A stretch of 64,000 nt of DNA from Eledone cirrhosa. Lineage: Eukaryota. The DNA is taken from positions 190,402,001 to 190,466,000 of the forward strand of contig OZ024740.1 of assembly GCA_964016885.1 (NCBI GenBank). The letters are read 5' to 3'. Shown one piece after another: positions 56,138 through 64,000 of this stretch; the stretch's first letter is position 1; the number at the start of each line of letters is the position of its first letter. The notes under the pieces were generated by a model that did no database searches, was not told the DNA's origin, and was given only the letters and a program-made list of their open reading frames with translations. Both the position numbers and the translations under genes were made by a program.

Positions 56138-58244
56138 GAATAAGGAAAAGCGAAGTAGTTTCCGATGTTCAAGTCTTTTATAATAATAATGCTGTGATAT
56201 ATATTTCAATGGCGACAGTGGCCACACTGTTCCGTGCGCCAGTGTCGCGACATCGTCAGATAGCTTGTTACATAATAACGTTATTTTTCCGAGGCAATCC
56301 AAATTCAATCGACATAGGAACGGACGAAGTGTGTGCTCTTGGGTTCTTCATCCGTTCCCTTGTGAGTACCAATTCACCCCCACCGATCTGAGCAGGCGCA
56401 GGTCCGAAGGAAGTTGACCATTAACTACCGCAGATTTCAACGAAATTCGCTTAGTCAGTTCCCACTCTCAACCAAACAATGTCCCATTCAGGCCTTTAAT
56501 ATATAGCTTACTACTACCTACCCCGTCTGTGGCAGTCCGTCGGAAGCCAGTGGGGATGGGAGAGTGTGAGTATCTATAGGTCTCAATATTACCCTTTCAT
56601 TAAGCATGGACAGTATAATTGACCATCAACTTCTAAGAGAAAATATACTTAATTCTAGGTATCATGGTTTCACAGTGGAAGTTATGAATGAGAGTTGGAA
56701 ATTAGAACTAAAAATTAAAATTTAAGATCGAAAATCAGAAATCCAATATCAAAAATTAGAAATTAAAAATTAACAATTAAAAATAAAAAAACATTTTCAA
56801 GTGAGAATCTGGATTGAGGTGAGTAAATAAATATAGATTGAAGTGAGTAAATAATATATGCACCCATACTATCTACTACGTAGAGAGATGTTTAAGTAAG
56901 AAGTTTTGAAAGGGGTATTAATGTTACTGTTATATTATCTACATTTTGAACGATAGTACCGTACAGTAGAACTGAAGGTAAATTACACTATGAAAGGTAG
57001 TAGTTAGTGGGTACATAGTTGGAATTTCCATCACATGGAACAAAACAAAAAAAAAACAGATATAAAGTACACACAAGAAAAAAACTAATAAATGCAAAAA
57101 CGCATACAGTTCATATATGCAAAAAGCCCCCCTCCCCCCTAATTCAATATATATATGTACAAATTGACAATCATATTAATCATCTATCTCATTTTGCATA
57201 TATGTACTGTATGTGTTTTTGCATTTATTAGTTTTTTTCTTTTGTGTACTTTATATCTGTTTTTGTGTTGTTCCTTGTGATGGAAATTCCATCAATGTAC
57301 TCAACTACCTACTACCGTTCATACTGTAATTTACCCTCAATTCTACTGTACGGTACTATCGTTCAGTATGTAGATAATATAACTGTAACATTAATACCCC
57401 TTTCAAACTTCTTACTTAAACATCTCTCTACGTAGTAGATAGTATGGGTGCATATAGTACTTACTCACTTCAATCTATATTTTTTTACTCACCTCAATCC
57501 AGATTCTCACTTGAACATTTTTTTTTTATTTTTAATTGTTAATTTTTAATTTCTAATTTTTGATATTGGATTTCTGATTTTCGATCTTAAATTTTAATTT
57601 TTAGTTCTAATTTCCAACTCTCATTCATAATTTCCACTGTGAAACCATGATACCTAAAAATTAAGTATATTTTCTCTTAGAGGTTGATGGTCAATTATAC
57701 TGTCCATGCTTAATGAGGGGTAATATTGAGACGTATAGATACTCACACTCTCCCATCCACACTGGCTACCGCCTGACTCCCACAGACGGGGTAGGTGGCA
57801 GTAAGCTATATATTACAGGCCTGAATGGGTCATTCTTTGGTTGAGAGTGGTAACTGACTAAGCGAATTTCGTTGAAATCTGCGGTAGTTAATAGTCAACA
57901 TCCTTCGGACCTGCACCTACGCAGACCGGTGGCGGTGAATTGGTACTCACAATGGAACGGATGAAGAACCCAAGAGCACACACTTCGCCCGTTCCCATGT
58001 CGATTGAATTTGGATTGCCTTGGAAACATAACGTTATTATGTAACAAGCTGTCTGGCGATGTCGCGACACTGGCGCACAGAACAGTGTGGCCACTGTCGC
58101 CATTGAAATATATATCACAGCATTATTATTAAAAGACTTGAACATCTGAAACTACTTCGCTTTTCCTTATTCGATATTTACTCCGTCATTCGTACGTGGA
58201 ATAAGTACGTTTTGTGCTTGAATTGAATTGCATAAATGTTTACC

Positions 58245-58250
<6 letters not shown>
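56138..58250. repeat. ~2-kb palindrome of family D (arms ~985 bp, spacer ~67 nt); HHRs at 56191-56264 (-) and 58048-58121 (+)
   Basis: 56138-57124 is the reverse complement of 57192-58172 with scattered mismatches; minus-strand core CTGACGA, plus-strand core CTGGCGA. Confidence 0.92.
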
Positions 58251-58289
<39 letters not shown>

Positions 58290-58297
<8 letters not shown>

Positions 58298-58413
58298 AAA
58301 CAAACTTTGTATTTTATCTGATGAAAGCGTACCAATGTTGTGTTGGTTATCCCTGATATATATATAATAAAATAAATAAGGTCTTATAAATATAGTTTCC
58401 ATTTATTTAATAT

Positions 58414-58473
<60 letters not shown>

Positions 58474-60560
58474 ATATATATATATATATACAATGATATT
58501 AAATAAATGAAAACGAAATTTATAAAACCTTATTTATTTTATTATATATATATATCAGGGGTAACCAACACAACATTGGTACGCTTTCATCAGATAACAT
58601 ACACAGTTTATTTTATAAATAGAGACATACCCATGAAAATCATACCTTATGGGTTGGAAATTCATTGGATGGTGGAAATATATTAGGGATTATTCAAACT
58701 TATGTATGAATATGCAAATGAATATGTAAATAATTGAAAAACAACCGTTTATTTAAATGACACAGGAGAAAGAGAGAGAGAAAAAATGATGATTGAACAA
58801 ATTACGAGATAGATAGAGGGAAGAAATAGACAAGAGAAGATGAACATAACGTTAATTTTAGAAAAATATATTCTAAGTATAAATATAATATTATGTGTAT
58901 TTACGATTATTCGTTGTTTAAAATTCGTTTCTAATATAATATTTGCTGTTATAAGTAGATAGATAAATACATAATTAAATAAATAAGTAAGTAAATAGAT
59001 AAATAGATAAATAAATGAATTGATGGGTATATCGTGTTATAGACAATTGTTTTAATGAGTTATGAGTGATATTGGTTTTGTATTTCAAGTAAGTAAATAT
59101 TAAGTTAAATTAAATTAAATCAACTGAGTTAATAAGGATATTTATATATGTTAAAATGTGAAGATACGGAAAAACTCCAGTTGTGTTTATTTATTCGTTA
59201 GTATGAGACTATTTTGTCAAAATAAGTATAAATGTTGAAATATATATTAACCAGAATTAGTTAGTGGTTATAAATCTAATAAAATATATGGAAGACATAT
59301 TAAAAATTTGAGGAACATTTTTTTTTAAATAATTCATAAGAGTTAAGTAATGTTTAAAAAATAAATAAGTTTAAAAAAGGATGAAATATTAAATAAAAAA
59401 AATAAAAAATAAAGAATTAAAAATTATTAAGATTAAGATTAAAATTAAAATTAAAATCAAAATTAAAATTAAAATTAAAATTAAAACTTTACAAAAATTA
59501 GAATTATATATGTATATATTTTATCACACTTTAAGAAGTGAATTATAGCAAATGTTATAGATATGATTTAGAGAAATCAATATATTAAAACCAAGTGTAT
59601 AATATTGTGGAAATAAGTAGAAATATTATAAGTGTAATTATAATTTATATATAGAAGGATATTGGTTTTGTATTTAAAGTAAGTAAATATTAAGTTAAAT
59701 TAAATTAAATTAACTGAGTTAATAAGAATATTGATATATTTTAAAATGTGAAGATATGGAAAAACTCCAGTTTTGTTTATTTATTCGTTAGTATGAGACT
59801 ATTTTGTCAAAATAAGTATAAATGTTGAAAGATATATTAGCCAGAATTAGTTAGTGGTTATGAATCTAATAATATATATTGAAAACATTAAACATTTGAG
59901 GAACATTTATTTTTAAAATAATTCATAAGAGATAAGTAATTTTTAACAAATAAATAATTTTTAAAAAGGGATAACATATTAAAGAAATAAAAATAAAAAA
60001 TAAAGAATTAAAAATTGTTAAGATTAAAATTACAATTTAAATTAAAATTAAAATTAAAATTAAACTTTACAACAATTAGAATTATATATGTATATATTTT
60101 ATGACACTTTAAGAAGTGAAATTATAGCAAATGTTATAAATATGATTTAGAGAAATCAATATATTAAAACCAAGTGGATAACATTGTTATGAAAATAAGT
60201 AGAAATATTATAAGTGTAGTTATAACATATAAATAGTTCTAAATGCTGAAATCAGGCAATGTCTACAAGAATTAAATAAATTCGTTATTAGATTAATAGA
60301 GTTCTTACATTTATGTATGACAACATTTCCTCAACACACAATTTGCAGAATCTAGATAAAGCTGCGTTTCGGTGCGTGTGTTCTCCGAAATTATTTCCCA
60401 AGTTAATGAAAAATCCATATTTTTTGCATTTTAATTTCCATAACAGGTTTGAAAGAGAAGTTGAAGATTTTGTATAAAATATTTTGAAAGAGCATTTGTG
60501 ATTATACCAGCGATTTATACATTCTGTAGAAGATGCACCTATATATATATTTTGTTGCAT
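58290..60560 (-). mobile_element. 5'-truncated family C PLE: GIY-YIG remnant (60240-60560), AT-rich UTR with 590-bp tandem duplication, HHR-like 3' end (58490-58600), inverted copy 58290-58420
   Basis: IYIGASSTECINRWYNHKCSF...TSLSNLLWKLK...CKLCVEE...SCRH; GATATTGGTTTTGTATTT at 59068 and 59658. Confidence 0.75.
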
Positions 60561-60564
60561 CTAT

Positions 60565-60656
<92 letters not shown>

Positions 60657-60660
<4 letters not shown>

Positions 60661-61160
60661 AATATAAATTAGCGAGAACCGTATTTCGGCTATTGGAAAT
60701 TAGCGAAAAACAACTTCCGTGATGTGTGGCAAGCGCTCAATAGATTCTAACAAACCAGAGCTACAACATACGTTAACAGGCCAAACACACTGAGACGATG
60801 TTTAAACCATTATTCGCACAGCAATAGAAACAACCAAGTAATTCGGGTCAAACAAAATAAAAAAATATGATTGAAACATTTACCCGGACCCCTGGATGGT
60901 TGGTGAAAATCCAGCATTTGGGTTTCTGCGACTCCTAAATGAAGTACTGTTCGCTTAGACAAATAATGATAATCTTTTGGTAAGATGATTGAACAAGGAC
61001 GTCACTTTCTCAACAGGCTTTTAGTTCAAGTTTCAGGCCAAGGATTGACGGTTACCAATACGCACGTTAGGCTCGACAAGGGAAGCAAACCTTACTTTGG
61101 CGGCTGAATTCATTAAGTGTATTATTATTGCAAAATTGCAAAATATCACAAAACGAATTA
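60657..61160 (-). repeat. ~600-nt unit superfamily (subfamily F), less than one copy
   Basis: Reverse complement of 47340-47845; flanked by (TA)n. Confidence 0.85.
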
Positions 61161-63600
61161 TATATATATATATATATAGATAGATAGATAGATATATAGA
61201 GAGTGAGTTAAATGAAGTTTGTTTACAAATAAAAAGGCGAAATGACGTACACGCGTGAAAGTATAAGGAAAATAAATAGGGAAATGCAGCCGAAGGTTTT
61301 TAAGAATATTCATTTGTTTTCTTTACCGGTTTCACAGAGCTTATGCTTTTCAAAAGTACAATTGAGATGGAGGGTTTGTGGTCTTTCTCCTTTAGGTTTG
61401 AGAATTATAAGCCGGTAGGGAAGAGGACAGTGTGCACAAAGGTATTAAGTGCAAAACAAGCGAACAATGGATGTACGCGAGAGAATTATATGATGAACAT
61501 GCAGAGTGGTGAAATAAATATATCGTTAGAAAATACAGTACCAAATTCTTGAATAAATATATTTTTTGTCTTACAATTGTTTCACAAGCAAGACCAAACT
61601 TCAGTTCATAAAAATAAAATTTCTCAATTATAGAATCGATGCGAAAAGATAATAATAAAACTGAACTATGAACTGACCTCCTCTTCATAACCAAAACGAA
61701 AATAAACATAAAATCCCAAAATACGTCATTGATGGTGGGAAATAGCAAAACTATTCAGCACAAACCTTAAGACATATTAATCGAAGGTATGAAACAGACG
61801 TATAATACATTCTAAATTCAAACAAGTCAGTGATTCGTTTAAGTGATGGAGCATTGACAAAACTGGAAGTAAGTTGGTGTAAGTAGCAAGATACATAATT
61901 ATGATGAAAAGGAAACTATTTGTTAATAAAAATATATTAAGATCTGGTACTTAATGGAAATTAATGTTGATATAATAAGGAGATAATTAAAAAAGGATGA
62001 GAAGTGTTATTATTATTCATTGTGGTAGAATAAAAATGAATATAGGTGTGAAAAAAAAGTTACGTGCAACATTACACTGGGGGTTAATATCAGGGAAACC
62101 ATTAATAATAAATAATTAGAGAAACTAATGTATATTTTGACAGAAGGGGGGAAAATATATTCAAACAACTGCAACCGCAAATAAACAACCGATTAGAGAG
62201 AAGCGAAATGAAATGGCTGGTTTAAGCTAACAAGCGATGCAACAACACACAACACACGCAAACGAGACAACTACACACACACACACACGCACACACACAC
62301 ACACAGTAGCACTCCACCATACGAACATACTACACTGCCAATACAGATGAACAAGGCAACAACACACGCGCACACACACACACTCAAGCGAGACAACAAC
62401 ACACGCACACACACACACAGTAACATTTAACAAACAGGCAGAGAATGGACTGACAGCTAGCGCCATCCCACTCCCTCATTCGGCCGCTGACCTCTGTACG
62501 ACCGACCCCATTTCACGCGCACGCGCGCTCGGCCGAATACCTCAGATATTCAAATCAACAGACAGCGAAAGACGCCTTCCGAGTTGTCCGACAGACAACG
62601 TTTTCCCCCACCCCGGAAAAAACCCCAGTTGATGGATGTGAATCCGAAATATATAGGGACTATTAAATCTCTCCCAAGGTAACTCTCTCTCGTGTTGTTA
62701 TTATTATTTCTATTCTTTTACTCTTCCCTTCATTCTACACATCTCACACATCTTACACACACCACGCATCTCAACGTACACCCACTTACATATCTCTCTC
62801 TCCACCACCGGACCTTGTTACCCGGAGATTTACCCATTTGCATTGTCGAGGCTTCCAAACGACTTATAAATATTTACATATTATATTATATTATAAAATA
62901 AAGGGTAAGTTAAAGGTAGAAGAAAAGAAAAGGATAATTATCATATTTAACCACAAAGCTCGGTATACCAGAGTATAAGATTTCAAACTATTTAACATGG
63001 GTTCATCTTGGGGTTATGTTAAGTTTAGTAAGCGGGAAAGGTTAAGTTAAGGGCCATACATGGGTTTAGAAATTGAGCAAAGAAAATAAGATAAGAAAAC
63101 AAAGAAATGAAAATATTGTCAATTTGTTAAGCTTAGGCAAAAGGAGATGTTGCATCAATAATATTTATTATAAATAGAAAAGATAAAAATGAAAAAAGTA
63201 AAAAGAAAATAGTTATAACGAATGTGTTCAAAGAGAATTTAATTTTCTACATATGGCGGAAAAGGACATTCGTAGTGAGGGCTAATACTAACTAATATTT
63301 GGGATGGAGGGCTACTAAAGGAAGTGTGTAATAAAAACATATTCGTAAATAAGAGTAAGTTTCACGGAGTATAAATCTCATGGGAAAGTATAGGAGAGCT
63401 TAACAAAGAAACAAAACAAAACCCTATTAAACTAAGACAGGAGGTATAGAGGATGTGGATGAGGAGTTATAGAGTAATATATAAGGAACAAAAAAGAAAA
63501 AAAGAAAAAAGTAAATGCATACTAGTAAAAGTGTGAAGAAAAGATAAGGTAGGGTGGTACGTGGGATAGGTCAAATGATAGCTAAGTCAACTGATAGAAT

Positions 63601-63970
63601 CTAAGAGGGATCTAATACTCTGTAAGCAAACGAGTAGGCCAAACGATGATGGCAATTAATTACAATTTCATTGCGATCATTTATCGAGCAGGTTTGTGAC
63701 AGAGTTATGTAAAGATCTTCCGAAAAACAGAGATTGCAATATCCTTTGCGACCACTGTAAGGAGAAGATTTAGCGACGATATCCCACACTAACGTGTATT
63801 CAGTATTTGACTGCTCCAGCCATTAATATATTTTGCGAAAGGCGTAGTAAATTTTAAATTTCTAATCTGAAAGGAATGTTTATGGAAATTAAAACGAGTT
63901 AACAGTTAACAGCAGCTTCAATGTACGTGTTCTTGTCACTATGGGTGTTAAAAGTGCATCTATATACTAC
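63601..63970 (-). pseudogene. PLE GIY-YIG endonuclease C-terminal remnant
   Basis: WDIVAKSSPYSGRKGYCNLCFSEDLYI...INDRNEIVINCHH. Confidence 0.8.
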
Positions 63971-64000
63971 ATTATTAGTAAGAAAATTACCATCAAGAGG

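Overview
AT-rich eukaryotic (animal) DNA with no recognisable host protein-coding gene. The very dense (TA)n/(CA)n microsatellites and the SINE family resemble cephalopod/Octopus-type genomes (inference from recall, not tested). The window is a nested set of transposons, mostly inserted in (TA)n tracts: a DD37D (maT-type) Tc1/mariner inside an RTE remnant; a 5'-inverted RTE LINE; a near-intact CR1-group LINE (29.8-34.2 kb) whose ORF1 appears to carry a Myb/SANT-trihelix-like domain plus a CCCH finger; an internally deleted Helitron with a spliced STPR-repeat RepHel N-terminus; a degenerate full-length Penelope-like element (PLE) split by a 2.75-kb non-autonomous LTR element; at least five further PLE GIY-YIG/RT remnants; MITEs and SINEs. 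Two non-coding layers stand out. (1) About eight sequence-distinct families of type I hammerhead ribozyme (HHR) motifs, often in fold-back palindromes whose breakpoints fall in the ribozyme. (2) A superfamily of ~560-620-nt non-coding units inserted as 1.2-2.4-copy tandems. These have a fixed 3' end, 5' ends at or just inside one conserved GAAAC...NUC|CGGG site, and covarying helices, but no canonical hammerhead core: a candidate new self-processing/retrozyme-like RNA. All alignments and folds were done by eye, and boundaries next to microsatellites are approximate.
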